DNA of 64,000 bases from Alphaproteobacteria bacterium (GTDB lineage Bacteria; Pseudomonadota; Alphaproteobacteria; JAREAF01). Location of the stretch: contig DASPGI010000199.1 of the NCBI GenBank assembly GCA_035620695.1, positions 979 to 64,978 on the forward strand, given 5' to 3'. The notes below the pieces were generated by a model. It searched no databases, was not told the origin of the DNA, and was given only the letters and a program-made list of their open reading frames with translations. Shown here in pieces: positions 18,769 to 28,627 of the stretch; the first letter of the stretch is position 1, and the number at the start of each line of letters is the position of its first letter. Both the position numbers and the translations under genes were made by a program.

Positions 18769-21027
18769 TTAACCACAAGGCGATGGGAATGGTGCCGGGT
18801 CGCGAAAGCGTTGCAGCAGGTTCGCCGTAATGCGGGCGACGTTATTGTCGAAATTGTTGTGGGACAAGCTTCCCGACCAGGCAATTGAACCGGTCGAGAA
18901 AACAGCGCCTCCGCTGCCGGTCTCGAAGAAAATCATGTCGGCGCGCACCAACGGATTCTGAGCCGCGTCCAAATTGGACATGACGTTATCTACCTCCTCT
19001 GGGCCCGGGAAATACATTTGCGTATGTGCCTCTGATCGCGCCAGCACTAACGCATGCGAAGGGGTTCCCAATCCGAGATCGTAGCGATCCAGTTCGATAC
19101 CTGCCGCGCCGCCGCCGATCAGTCCGAAATCGCCAATGATCTCGTCTTCGATGCCCTTGAAGATGAAGGCTGCCCGTGGATCGTCCGCTCCGGCTTGTCG
19201 GCGGAAGTAGGAGCACACGTCGAAGCCTTGCCCGGCCATGCCGACCCCAACCAGCAGCTGAGGCGGCCGGCCCAGTCGCCGCCAGAGGCCTCCATACTCG
19301 CCATTGAAGCTGTGATAGTATTCTCCAGGTTCCGCGGTCCAGTCACGGATGCCGTCTTCGGCACGTCGCAACTCGATCACGCCCGGAAGCTGCCGATGAT
19401 AGGCGATTCTCCAATAGAAGCCGTTGCCGCCCAGATAGATCAACCGGCCGCCCTCTCCGAGATAAGCCCGAACCGCGTCCCACATAGCAGTCGAGTAGTA
19501 TTCGGGGTGCGTGCCGGTAATAACCACCCGATAGGGAGCGAGTGCTGCAAGGCCATGTCGATGCAACTCCTCGTCCGTGGTGACGTCGTAGCGATGCCCT
19601 GCCGCCTCGAGCCAGCCGATGATGTGCATGTCGGCGCTGAACTGCCAGGGAAACTGGCTCCAGGATTGGATGTGATCGCAGCGCAGATTCATGATCGGGC
19701 GCAGCCGTGATGAGTAACAGACGCCGCTCGAATCGGCATGGCGGTCGTAGAGCGAATACCCCGCTTCACGGTGCGCGTTCAGCCACAAGTCACGCGGGCT
19801 CAAGGCGGTGAGGTGTCCGGTCAGGACTTCGGTTGACGCGGCGTCGATGCCGGCACGCTCGTTGGCATAAGCCATGTAACTCGCGGTCGGGGCAAGAAAG
19901 ACCAGATCGGTGCTGGGCTCGCCTCGTGGTCGTGTCACGAAGAATGGGATATGCTCGGCTTCGTCGCCGGCTTGCAGGCGTGCGGCGTAGACGCCACTGC
20001 GCAACTCCCTGGGTAGGGTCAGCGTGAAATCCGGCTCCCATGCGGCGTCGTAGAGATCGTCCTCATGGAAATGAATGGCCCCATACTGGTCGCGAGCGTG
20101 GCTCCAGTTCATCTCGGTGCCGGTCCAATTGTGACCGGTCATGGCGCGTGCCGGCAGATTGACCAAGCGGCCGTCCAGCCGGTTCGGCGACCGGTCGCGG
20201 ATGCGATCGGTTTCAATATCCTCGGAGAAATCCCAAGCCGCTATCAACTCTGGGGCAAGAGAGGACGGCACGTTCGGCGCGCGCAAGGCCTCCATTTCCG
20301 ATCGGGTGAGCGCCCGCCCGGCTATGCGCGGCGCTTCGATCTTTCCATTGAAGTGCCAAAGGCCGACCAGCGGCCTGCTATTGTTTCGGCAGGCGGCGGC
20401 TATGAGCAACGGCACCGCGGCAGGCCGTGCCGGCAACAGGCCGGTAGCGCTCTTCGCCACCGAGGCGGGTGTGATATGCGCAGAGCCGGCGAGTGGCTCC
20501 TGATATAGGTTCACTTCGCCGGACGCGGTCTCGAAGCTTGCGCCCACGAAATGCCAGACGCGTTCGACGACTGGCACGCCTGTTGAGACGACTTCGACGG
20601 AGCCGTCGGCGCGTCCCAGCATCAGGGCGAGCGCGCCCTGGCCATCAAGCACCAAGGCAAACCCCGCCCGCTCCTCATCACACCATTGACTTAATAGTGC
20701 CTGACAGGCCCGGCTGCTCAGAGTCGGCCAGATCAGCGCCTGCACGCTAAAACCGCGATTCGAAGACGCGAACACGTCGCAATTCTCGACGACAGCAAAC
20801 GAGCCGGAATGAATTGGTTGGAAACGCCCCGGATACAGGCCGTCAACCGTGGTTTCAACAGTACGGTACTGATCGGCGGGATCTTTGGTCTGGCCGACAC
20901 CGGCCACGATGCGGACAATATCCGCGCGGTACCGATCAATCCCCTCGCAGCTCACCATGAACCGCAAACGATCGCCGGGAGCCGCGCCGATCTGGTCGGC
21001 GTACCCGATGATCCTAGGGGTTGTCAT
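18769..21027 (-). CDS. N,N-dimethylformamidase large (beta) subunit family protein (DmfA2-like)
   Basis: 752 aa. Size and sequence character fit the roughly 760-aa DMFase beta-subunit family. A coupled small ORF lies upstream. Confidence 0.55.
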   Translation of the reverse strand: MTTPRIIGYADQIGAAPGDRLRFMVSCEGIDRYRADIVRIVAGVGQTKDPADQYRTVETTVDGLYPGRFQPIHSGSFAVVENCDVFASSNRGFSVQALIWPTLSSRACQALLSQWCDEERAGFALVLDGQGALALMLGRADGSVEVVSTGVPVVERVWHFVGASFETASGEVNLYQEPLAGSAHITPASVAKSATGLLPARPAAVPLLIAAACRNNSRPLVGLWHFNGKIEAPRIAGRALTRSEMEALRAPNVPSSLAPELIAAWDFSEDIETDRIRDRSPNRLDGRLVNLPARAMTGHNWTGTEMNWSHARDQYGAIHFHEDDLYDAAWEPDFTLTLPRELRSGVYAARLQAGDEAEHIPFFVTRPRGEPSTDLVFLAPTASYMAYANERAGIDAASTEVLTGHLTALSPRDLWLNAHREAGYSLYDRHADSSGVCYSSRLRPIMNLRCDHIQSWSQFPWQFSADMHIIGWLEAAGHRYDVTTDEELHRHGLAALAPYRVVITGTHPEYYSTAMWDAVRAYLGEGGRLIYLGGNGFYWRIAYHRQLPGVIELRRAEDGIRDWTAEPGEYYHSFNGEYGGLWRRLGRPPQLLVGVGMAGQGFDVCSYFRRQAGADDPRAAFIFKGIEDEIIGDFGLIGGGAAGIELDRYDLGLGTPSHALVLARSEAHTQMYFPGPEEVDNVMSNLDAAQNPLVRADMIFFETGSGGAVFSTGSIAWSGSLSHNNFDNNVARITANLLQRFRDPAPFPSPCG

Positions 21028-21028
21028 T

Positions 21029-21352
21029 TCAGAAATCCGGCTGGCGTCCGGTGAGCCGTCGCCATCTCAGCTTGAATACCGCCCATTCCGCTTGCTCCCG
21101 ACTGTGAAAGACCTCGTGTTCCATCATGCTCACCGGCCCTCCACGAACCCCGCTGAGCTGAGCCAGCATCCAGGTGCCGGGCTTTGCGCAGACCAGAACG
21201 TATTTTCCCTTAAGCGGCTCACCGCGCATCAGGTTGAGCAAGCGCTGCAAGTCGCCGCTATGCGCGCCGATAGGGCGATGCCGGAACTCCTCAACGAGAT
21301 CCATTCGGAACGGATCCACGCCGGCCTGACCGTGGTCGGTCACGCGCAACAC
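21029..21352 (-). CDS. Candidate N,N-dimethylformamidase small (alpha) subunit (DmfA1-like), 107 aa
   Basis: Its stop (21031-21029) lies 1 nt from the ATG of the large-subunit gene (21027). Gene order small→large matches dmfA1-dmfA2 operons. Confidence 0.35.
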   Translation of the reverse strand: MLRVTDHGQAGVDPFRMDLVEEFRHRPIGAHSGDLQRLLNLMRGEPLKGKYVLVCAKPGTWMLAQLSGVRGGPVSMMEHEVFHSREQAEWAVFKLRWRRLTGRQPDF

Positions 21353-21676
21353 CTCCTTTGCTCAAATGCGCCTCGACGCCGGAGAGGACCGGGGTCGATG
21401 GCCGATCGATCGAACTTCCGCGCAAGCGCTAATGCAGAAGCGGATGTCCGGTCCCAACTGCGACATGGATCGGCGTTTGCCGTCAAGCCCGTGAGCTTTC
21501 CATCGTGGAATGTACCGATAATCGTATTGCGCGGCATGCGCAGTCGTCCGTACACTTTTGCCGAACGGACGGCTCCAGCCTGCGACCGCCGCAAGGCGCA
21601 TGACGCCGAATCAGGCTTGTCGCCCTGTCCGAGGACAAGCCCAACGATGCCCTGCCACGAAGACCGGGAGAAAGTG
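21353..21676. promoter_or_regulatory. Divergent intergenic control region between the dmfA1A2-like operon and the M24 peptidase-ABC transporter operon
   Basis: 324-nt non-coding gap between two divergently oriented operons. Confidence 0.3.
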
Positions 21677-22915
21677 ATGAATGCAGCCGCAGTCTCCAAG
21701 ACGCAGTCCAAGCTGAGTTCCGATTCGCCATTCCGCCCGTTTCCTTTGGAGGAATACGAGGCACGTTGGGAACGTGTGCACAAGGCGATGCAGGGCAAGG
21801 GTTACGACGTCGCCGTCGTATGGGGCAAGACCTCGGGCGTTTACGAACGGGCGGGTGATACCATCTACCTGACGAACTTTTTCTCGACTCACTCGGGCCA
21901 GGAGCCCGACACTGTGCTATGGAACGGCCGGTCGCTGAATGCGGTGATCCTTCAGCCGGGTCAGGTGCCCGAACTGATCACCGATGAGGCCGAAGCGCGC
22001 TACGACGTCATCGCGACGGACCGCTTTCAAGGGCTTTATGACCCGATAAAAGGGCTCGCCGATGCATTGAAGAAGCGCAAAATCAGCGGGCGCGTGGCGT
22101 TCGTAGGCTCCGACACGGTGCCTGTTAAATACTGGCAGCAGCTTCAGAAAATGGTCCCCGAGATCGAGTGGGTGGCGGAAGATGATCTCGTCCGGGATGT
22201 TCGTCGCGTGAAGAGCGATCGCGAGTTGGCGCTGTTCCGCCAGGCCGGCGAGCTGGTGACACGGGCCCATAAGGCCATGATGGAGGCGCTGATTGCAGGC
22301 AAAACCGAGGGAGAGGCAGCCGGGATCGGGGGCAAGATCCTGCTCGAAGGCGGCGGCGCGTGGCACCGCATTGCCATTTCCCACGGCGACACCAGCCAGT
22401 ATCTGGAGAGCGATCCGCTCACAGGCTTCAGCACGATCGCACCCAAGCGCGGAGACATCGTGCATGGATTCATCTACGGCCCGATCCTGAAGGGTTATTG
22501 GCTGGATCCGGGGCGCACCGCGGTTTGCGGCGGCAAGCCCAGTCCGGAGCAGAAGAAGCTGGTCGAGTCCCTCATCAACGTCATGCACAAGCTGATGGAG
22601 AGCATCAAGCCGGGGGTGAAGGTCAAGGACGTGGCGTTGCTGGGCGACAGGCTTACCGCAGAGTCCGGCTATTATGACGAGGTGCTCAAAACCAACTGGC
22701 CCTATTACGGCCACAGCAACGGCTGCATGTGGGAGCGACCCTATATCGAGCCGCGGCTATGCACCGACCAAGACCTGTTCGAGCAGAACATGGTAGCCAG
22801 CGTTGAGGGGTTCTTTACGAGCCCCGGCGTCGGCACTGCTGTGTTCGAGACCAACTACATCGTTACAAAGACGGGAATCGAAGAGATCACGCCCGTTCCT
22901 CATCTCTTCTGGTGA
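21677..22915 (+). CDS. M24 family metallopeptidase (Xaa-Pro aminopeptidase/creatinase-like)
   Basis: Creatinase-N-like N-terminus and a pita-bread C-domain (…HGFIYGPILKGYWLDPGRT…). Start at MNAAAVSK; the 676-aa track ORF includes 5' read-through. Confidence 0.7.
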   Translation: MNAAAVSKTQSKLSSDSPFRPFPLEEYEARWERVHKAMQGKGYDVAVVWGKTSGVYERAGDTIYLTNFFSTHSGQEPDTVLWNGRSLNAVILQPGQVPELITDEAEARYDVIATDRFQGLYDPIKGLADALKKRKISGRVAFVGSDTVPVKYWQQLQKMVPEIEWVAEDDLVRDVRRVKSDRELALFRQAGELVTRAHKAMMEALIAGKTEGEAAGIGGKILLEGGGAWHRIAISHGDTSQYLESDPLTGFSTIAPKRGDIVHGFIYGPILKGYWLDPGRTAVCGGKPSPEQKKLVESLINVMHKLMESIKPGVKVKDVALLGDRLTAESGYYDEVLKTNWPYYGHSNGCMWERPYIEPRLCTDQDLFEQNMVASVEGFFTSPGVGTAVFETNYIVTKTGIEEITPVPHLFW

Positions 22916-22977
22916 GACGGACGATCCACTGCGGTTTCCGGTTGGCCGCTCGGGAGAGAGAGATGCACGCAGAGAAG

Positions 22978-24222
22978 ATGAGTCGGTTGATTCATGAGGC
23001 GAATCGACGCTCGGGCCCGCTCCTGAGGAAAGCGGGAGCGATGATTGTCGGACTGTTGGTTGCGTCTTCGTTCACGCCGGATGCGCGCGCCGAGGCGATC
23101 CGTATCGGTGCCCCGATTCCGGTTACCGGTCCCTATTCCAGCGACGGCCAGGTGATGGAGAAGGGACTGCGGCTTGCTCTCGATGAACTCAACAGCAGCG
23201 GAGGACTCTTGGGCAACCAGCTCGAGCTCTTTGTCTTCGATATTGGCGATCTGACGCCGGACAAGCTTCAGGCGGCGGCGACCAATCTCGTCGAGAAGGA
23301 GCAGGTCGATGTGCTCATCAACGGCTATGGCGGAATGGGCCCTGACATTCCCGCGTTCTGCCCCTACCCGCTTCCCTACATCCACAACGATGCTACTTCG
23401 AATGTGGTCGAGCTGCGCCGAAACATGAACTGCAGCAATATCTTCATGGGGTCGGACGTCGACGTGAATTACGGCAAGATCACCTTTCAGCAACTCATGG
23501 ACCTTGGGCATGAGTTCCCGAACAAGAAGCTGGCCATTATACATGGACCCTATGATTGGGAATTGAACACCACCAAGGGCGTCCAGGAGGTGGCGGAGAG
23601 TCTCGGCTGGCAGGTAGTGGTCAACGAAGAGGTGCCATACGAAACGACGCAATGGAGCGGGATCTTGAGCAAGCTTCGCGAAGCAGATCCCTCCCTGATC
23701 TATCTGGAGCTTCTCGATCCTGCCGCAGTCAATACCTTTGCCAGCCAGTTCACCCAGAATCCGGCAAAGAATGCGCTGCTTTATCTGGGATACACCCTCA
23801 GCGTTCCGGCCTTTGGCGAGGTGATCAAATTGGGCAGCGCCGAAGGAATGCTGGGCATGACCCTGTCGGCGCAGCGGCCCGATGACACCGGACGAGCTTT
23901 CGTCGAGGCATGGCGTGCCAAGTACAATGAAGATCCCCCCTTCAGCATCGCCGCTCAGATCTACGATGAGCTGAAGATGTGGGCGCACGCCGTGGAGCAG
24001 GCGGGCTCGGTCGAGGATCACAAGGCGATTCGCGAAGCCATCCTGGGGACGCCGTATGAGGGTCTCACAGGCCGCTTCGAATTCAACGACGAGCAGTATG
24101 TTCCGAGCACGGACGATACCGTTCCAACCCACTTGCTGCAGGTCCAGGGTGGGCAGCCGGTACAGGTCCGAATCGGGACGAAGAAGATAGCCGATTTCGT
24201 CGCGCCTCCCTGGCTGCAATAG
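22978..24222 (+). CDS. ABC transporter substrate-binding protein, LivK/AmiC (urea/short-chain-amide/branched-chain amino-acid) type
   Basis: Signal peptide, then a type I periplasmic-binding-fold sequence (…IRIGAPIPVTGPYSSDGQ…). Confidence 0.7.
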   Translation: MSRLIHEANRRSGPLLRKAGAMIVGLLVASSFTPDARAEAIRIGAPIPVTGPYSSDGQVMEKGLRLALDELNSSGGLLGNQLELFVFDIGDLTPDKLQAAATNLVEKEQVDVLINGYGGMGPDIPAFCPYPLPYIHNDATSNVVELRRNMNCSNIFMGSDVDVNYGKITFQQLMDLGHEFPNKKLAIIHGPYDWELNTTKGVQEVAESLGWQVVVNEEVPYETTQWSGILSKLREADPSLIYLELLDPAAVNTFASQFTQNPAKNALLYLGYTLSVPAFGEVIKLGSAEGMLGMTLSAQRPDDTGRAFVEAWRAKYNEDPPFSIAAQIYDELKMWAHAVEQAGSVEDHKAIREAILGTPYEGLTGRFEFNDEQYVPSTDDTVPTHLLQVQGGQPVQVRIGTKKIADFVAPPWLQ

Positions 24223-24253
24223 GCGCTGGACTCGCGCCGAAGACGGACCTGGG

Positions 24254-25021
24254 ATGATGACAGAATCGGCCACACCATCCCTGAGGGCAACCGGGTTCTT
24301 TGCAGCGAGGGACTTGACGATGAAGTTCGGCCCGCTGCGCGCGCTGAACCGGCTCTCCTTCGAGGTGCTGGAAGGAGAAGTTTTCGGCATCGCCGGTCCG
24401 AACGGAGCAGGAAAAAGCACGCTCCTGAACGTCTGCAGCGGCTTCCTGAAGCCGACTGGCGGGCAAGTATTCTTCGGCGGCGAACGGATCGACGGCAAAG
24501 CGCCGCATCAATTGTGCCGTAGAGGATTGGTGCGGACATTTCAGGTCCCCCAGGTCTTCGGTTCGATGACGGTGGCCGGGAATCTTGAGATCGGCGCGAC
24601 GTTTGCGGGGCGACGGGAGCTTGGCGATCGGTTCGAACAGGTGATGGATACTGTTGTCGAGCTGACCGGCATCGGGCCGCAGCTGAACCGTCGAGCAGGA
24701 GCGGTCGATCTTCTAACCCGTAAGACGACAATGCTGGCTGCCGTCCTCGCGACCAGCCCAAAGCTGATCTTCATGGACGAACCGCTCGCCGGGCTCAACC
24801 TGGACGAGACGCAGTTCTTCGTTGATCTGATACGCCGCCTGCACAACGAGATAGGGATCACCTTTGTCGTAGTGGAGCACAAGATCCGGGCGCTTTCAGC
24901 CCTCTCCGACCGGTTGATGGTCATGCATTTCGGGCAATGCATCTGCCTTGACAAGCCCGAGAACGTGGTTCGCAACGAGCTGGTCATTTCCGTCTATCTG
25001 GGGGAAGATTTCGTTGCTTGA
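24254..25021 (+). CDS. ABC transporter ATP-binding protein (LivG-like)
   Basis: Walker A 'GPNGAGKST' and signature region. Confidence 0.8.
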   Translation: MMTESATPSLRATGFFAARDLTMKFGPLRALNRLSFEVLEGEVFGIAGPNGAGKSTLLNVCSGFLKPTGGQVFFGGERIDGKAPHQLCRRGLVRTFQVPQVFGSMTVAGNLEIGATFAGRRELGDRFEQVMDTVVELTGIGPQLNRRAGAVDLLTRKTTMLAAVLATSPKLIFMDEPLAGLNLDETQFFVDLIRRLHNEIGITFVVVEHKIRALSALSDRLMVMHFGQCICLDKPENVVRNELVISVYLGEDFVA

Positions 25022-25685
25022 GGTCAGGGATGCGCACGTCTTCTATGGCGACCTGCACGTGTTGCACGGAGTTTCCGTCCAGATCGCCAGCGGGGAGCTG
25101 GTTGGCCTAGTCGGCGCCAACGGCCATGGCAAGAGCACTCTGCTCAAAGCAATTTGCGGATTGATCCCGATCCGGTCGGGCGAGGTGATTTACGAAGGGC
25201 TCAGGATCAACGAACTGGATGCACCGGAGAGAGTCGCCAAGGGAATCGTCTACGTGGCCGAGGAACGCCATCTGTTCCCGGACATGTCCGTGCGGGAAAA
25301 TCTAATGCTAGGCGCTTATTTGCCGTCCGCTCGAAAACGCCGGCATGAACATCTACAATTGGTGTTCGATCTCTATCCGCGCCTCGAGGAGCGTCAACAC
25401 CAGTTGGCGCGCACGCTAAGCGGCGGCGAAGCTCAAATGCTGGCGCTCGGTCGGGGGATCATGTCAGCGGCCAGGTTCATGGCCATTGACGAACCATCGT
25501 TCGGCCTTGCGCCCAACCTGGTCAGGGCCATGTTCGATACCATCGAGCGCATCAATGAGGCTGGAATGGCCATCCTGATTGTTGAACAGAATCTGCTGCA
25601 GCTCGAGAACTACGCCACGCGCGTTTACAAGCTCGAGGAGGGTCGCATCGTTGATGGCAGCGCCTTTCAGGCTGCGATGCAGTGA
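25014..25685 (+). CDS. ABC transporter ATP-binding protein (LivF-like)
   Basis: TTG start giving 'MLEVRDAHVFYG…'. Walker A 'GANGHGKST', signature 'LSGGE', and Walker B. Confidence 0.75.
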   Translation: MLEVRDAHVFYGDLHVLHGVSVQIASGELVGLVGANGHGKSTLLKAICGLIPIRSGEVIYEGLRINELDAPERVAKGIVYVAEERHLFPDMSVRENLMLGAYLPSARKRRHEHLQLVFDLYPRLEERQHQLARTLSGGEAQMLALGRGIMSAARFMAIDEPSFGLAPNLVRAMFDTIERINEAGMAILIVEQNLLQLENYATRVYKLEEGRIVDGSAFQAAMQ

Positions 25686-25786
25686 GGAATGAGCCCCGGC
25701 GGAGGCTCTGCCTGCGGTTGCGGCAATCAAAGAGGCGCCAGCAGAGAATTGTGATCCGATGCGTTTCCTGCGCAAGCGAGTGATCC

Positions 25787-26659
25787 TTGGAGCAGTACCT
25801 CCAAATCATAATTAGCGGTATCGCGCAAGGCGCCGTCTACAGCGTCTTCGCGTTTGGACTGTCGCTAGTTTATGGAATCGCACGGGTCCTGAATTTCGCT
25901 CATGGCTCCTTCTATATGGCGGGAGCCTATATCGCCTGGATATTGTCGGTCGGATATCTCGACCTTGGTTATCCGGCGGTATTTGCCATTCTCGTGCCGG
26001 CCCTTTTCGCAATCGGCCTGGTTTTCGAGCGATTGGTTATCCGACCGTTGCGCTCAAGTCGCAACTGGCGGATGGCAACGATGATGGTTACGCTCGGATT
26101 CGCGTTCTTTCTGGACAATCTCAGCCTCATCCTTTTCGGACCACAGGACAAGCTGCTGCCTCCATTTGTGACAGGCAGGCTGGTTCTTGGCGGAATGGTT
26201 TTCTCGCATCACGAGGTCGCCATCTTCGCCGCAGCCGTGGCGATCGTCATCGCGCTCGAGTTGTTTCTTTATCGCACCATGATCGGCAGCGCCATGAGGG
26301 CGATTGCGCAAGACGTGCAAGGAGCCCGGATGGTCGGGATCGATACCAACCAGGTGTCGGGCTATACCTTCGGTCTGTCTGTCGTGCTGGCCGGCGTAGC
26401 AGGAGTGCTCTTGGCTCCGATCTATCTCATCTCACCCTTAGGCGGATGGCCGCCATTTCTTAAGGCGTTCGTCATAGTGGTTTTCGGCGGACTGGGTAGC
26501 ACGCGCGGTGTGCTCTACGCCGCCTTGATCCTGGGCGTCGTCGAGGCCCTTGTAATCTTCGAGCTTGGCGCCACCTGGATCATGCCGGTCTGGTTGCTGA
26601 CGCTGCTTGTCGTGCTGATGGTGCGTCCGCAGGGCCTGCTCGGGGTCTGGGGAAGATGA
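25787..26659 (+). CDS. ABC transporter permease (LivH-like)
   Basis: Eight-TM LivH-type permease sequence. Confidence 0.8.
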   Translation: MEQYLQIIISGIAQGAVYSVFAFGLSLVYGIARVLNFAHGSFYMAGAYIAWILSVGYLDLGYPAVFAILVPALFAIGLVFERLVIRPLRSSRNWRMATMMVTLGFAFFLDNLSLILFGPQDKLLPPFVTGRLVLGGMVFSHHEVAIFAAAVAIVIALELFLYRTMIGSAMRAIAQDVQGARMVGIDTNQVSGYTFGLSVVLAGVAGVLLAPIYLISPLGGWPPFLKAFVIVVFGGLGSTRGVLYAALILGVVEALVIFELGATWIMPVWLLTLLVVLMVRPQGLLGVWGR

Positions 26660-27657
26660 GCTTCGCGACGGATCGCGCCGGCAGGGCTGACACACCTCCG
26701 CCGAGGAGATCTGGCGGCGGCGTCCATCTCGGGATCGGGCTACTCATCTTTGCCGGCCTCGGGTTGATCCTTGAAAGCAGCTATATATTTCACGTCCTCA
26801 TTCTTTGTTTCTTGTGGTCGATCGTCGTCGCCGGATGGGACCTCGTCCTGGGTTACGCCGGCATCTTCAATTTCGCGCAGCTCGTCTTCTTTGCCGTCGG
26901 CGCCTATGCCTCGGGGATGCTTTCGATCAGCATGGGTTTTCATCCGATCGTGGCGCTGCTGATCGCCGCCGTCGTGGCCGGTCTTTTCGGCCTGCTGATC
27001 GGGCTGCCCTGCCTCAGGCTGCGCGGCGAGTATGTGGCTCTATTCACCTTTGCCGTGCATCTGGCGTTGCCTCCGCTCATCATTCAGGGACGTGCCCTTG
27101 GCACCGGCGGCTCGACGGGCCTGATCGGCGTGCCGCCGCTTCAGGCCTTCGGTCTGACGATGCATACGGTCGATAAACAAGCCTGGTACTTCCTGACGCT
27201 CGCCGCCGCAGCGCTTGTTCTCTACGCTGTTTACTTCCGGGTACTCCGTGGCAAGCTGGGCAAAGCATTCGTGGCGATGCGGGATGCGGAGGATTTTGCC
27301 CGAGCGCTGGGGGTCAACGAGTACAAGCACAAGCTCATCGCCTTCATCTTATCTGCGACGATCACCGGGTTCGCGGGCGCTCTCTATGCGCACTATATCG
27401 GCGTCGTCACGCCGAAAATTCTCGGTAACGAGTTCTTCCTAATGGTCATGCTGATGCTCTCGGTGGGAGGGCTCGGCAGGTTTCCCGGCGCCATACTGGG
27501 CGCCTTCGCCATCACAATCGGGAACGAGCTCCTGCGCGACACGGGCCAGTATCGGCTTCTGCTTCTCGGAACTTGCGTGGTCCTGGTCATTTTGCTCGTT
27601 CCAGAAGGGCTTCCCCAACTCCGGGAGCGTGGAGCTCGACTGTTCGGACGCAAATAG
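26656..27657 (+). CDS. ABC transporter permease (LivM-like)
   Basis: ATGA overlap with the previous gene. LivM-type TM protein. Confidence 0.75.
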   Translation: MSFATDRAGRADTPPPRRSGGGVHLGIGLLIFAGLGLILESSYIFHVLILCFLWSIVVAGWDLVLGYAGIFNFAQLVFFAVGAYASGMLSISMGFHPIVALLIAAVVAGLFGLLIGLPCLRLRGEYVALFTFAVHLALPPLIIQGRALGTGGSTGLIGVPPLQAFGLTMHTVDKQAWYFLTLAAAALVLYAVYFRVLRGKLGKAFVAMRDAEDFARALGVNEYKHKLIAFILSATITGFAGALYAHYIGVVTPKILGNEFFLMVMLMLSVGGLGRFPGAILGAFAITIGNELLRDTGQYRLLLLGTCVVLVILLVPEGLPQLRERGARLFGRK

Positions 27658-27879
27658 CGTCGAATTCGACAGCCGACCCAATGATCACCGCGAAACCGTC
27701 ATGCCGCAGGCGCAGGGCACCTCTGACGAGCCACAGAGAAACTCTCAACCGGCCCGCTTGGGCCGGCGGAGAGCCGGATCGACCACCTCCCCTCTCGCCT
27801 TGGCCATGGCAGCCAGCGTTCTCAGTATCACGCAGACGGCCAGCCGCCCGTCGTGCCGCTGACATCGAAGATCGGGCAG

Positions 27880-28244
27880 AGCTCCGTCACCTCGAACTCC
27901 CGACACTCTCACTCTGGGAAGGTTATGACTTGTTCTGGAATGGCAGCGTCCGCCGCGCGGGCAACGGCCTCCGTATTACCGCGCAGTTCAGCGACGCCCG
28001 GACCGGCGCGCACATCGGGGCGGAGCGGCTTGATCGCGAGATGGGCGATCCCTTCGCCATGCAGGACGAAGTCACGGAACGCATCGTGGCCACGATCGCC
28101 AGTCGGCTGGAGAAGACCGAGGAGGTGCGCGCCGTGCGCAAGCGGTCCTATGACTTTGTCCTGCGCGCTAAAGCGATCGTCAGCGAAACCGCCGAAGCAA
28201 AGAACCCGCTCCGCCTTGCCTCCTGCTGCGGCTGGCGGTCTTGA
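27880..28244 (+). pseudogene. Remnant of an adenylate-cyclase/TolB-N-like gene (fragment)
   Basis: '…LWEGYDLFWNGSVRRAGNGLRITAQFSDARTGAHIGAERLDREMGDPFAMQDEVTERIVATIASRLEK' aligns by eye with '…YLVEGSVRRAGDDLRVSASLFDAIDNKVLWSQAFDEQFQDVFAQQDAITQRVAGTLASSL' in the intact cyclase at 41751-43616. It lacks a cyclase domain and a plausible start. Confidence 0.35.
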
Positions 28245-28267
28245 ACAGCCAATTCTAAGGACGCTCG

Positions 28268-28627
28268 CTAGGTCTGCGTCGGCGTGAGCAGCACCTTGGC
28301 ACAAGCCGAGGCCAAGTCACTGTTGGGCGCGTCTGATGCCGGCATGGTTGCCCAGCCGCTCTTCATCACAAAGTCGCGCTGCTGGTACGATGAGGTGAGT
28401 GCCTTCAACTCGTCCAGCTTAACCGCGACCTCGGGATCAGCGTTTGACTGCCCGATGCACACCGGCACGAGAGCCTCGATCACAGCCGCGGCAGACCGCT
28501 CCTTGGCCATCTTCTCGGCGGAACTGCCGAGCATCCATCCGGCCTGAGAAAATCCGACGATCATGGTTGCGATTGATCCCACCACGCCGCCCAGAATCGC
28601 TGGCTTCAGCCATGTTGGCGTTTGCAT
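28268..28627 (-). CDS. Hypothetical membrane-anchored protein
   Basis: 119-aa ORF with an N-terminal TM helix. No family recognised. Confidence 0.3.
   Translation of the reverse strand: MQTPTWLKPAILGGVVGSIATMIVGFSQAGWMLGSSAEKMAKERSAAAVIEALVPVCIGQSNADPEVAVKLDELKALTSSYQQRDFVMKSGWATMPASDAPNSDLASACAKVLLTPTQT

Noticed and set aside
21917-22714. 265-aa minus-strand ORF inside the M24 peptidase gene
   Set aside because: Antisense to a well-supported gene, Arg/Ala-rich composition, no family resemblance. Typical spurious high-GC ORF.
20885-22915. 676-aa ORF in the track spanning the dmfA1 region and M24 peptidase
   Set aside because: Only the last 412 aa (from ATG 21677) are M24 peptidase. The first roughly 260 aa read across the divergent intergenic region and are antisense to the dmfA1-like ORF. 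This is high-GC open-frame read-through, not a fusion protein.
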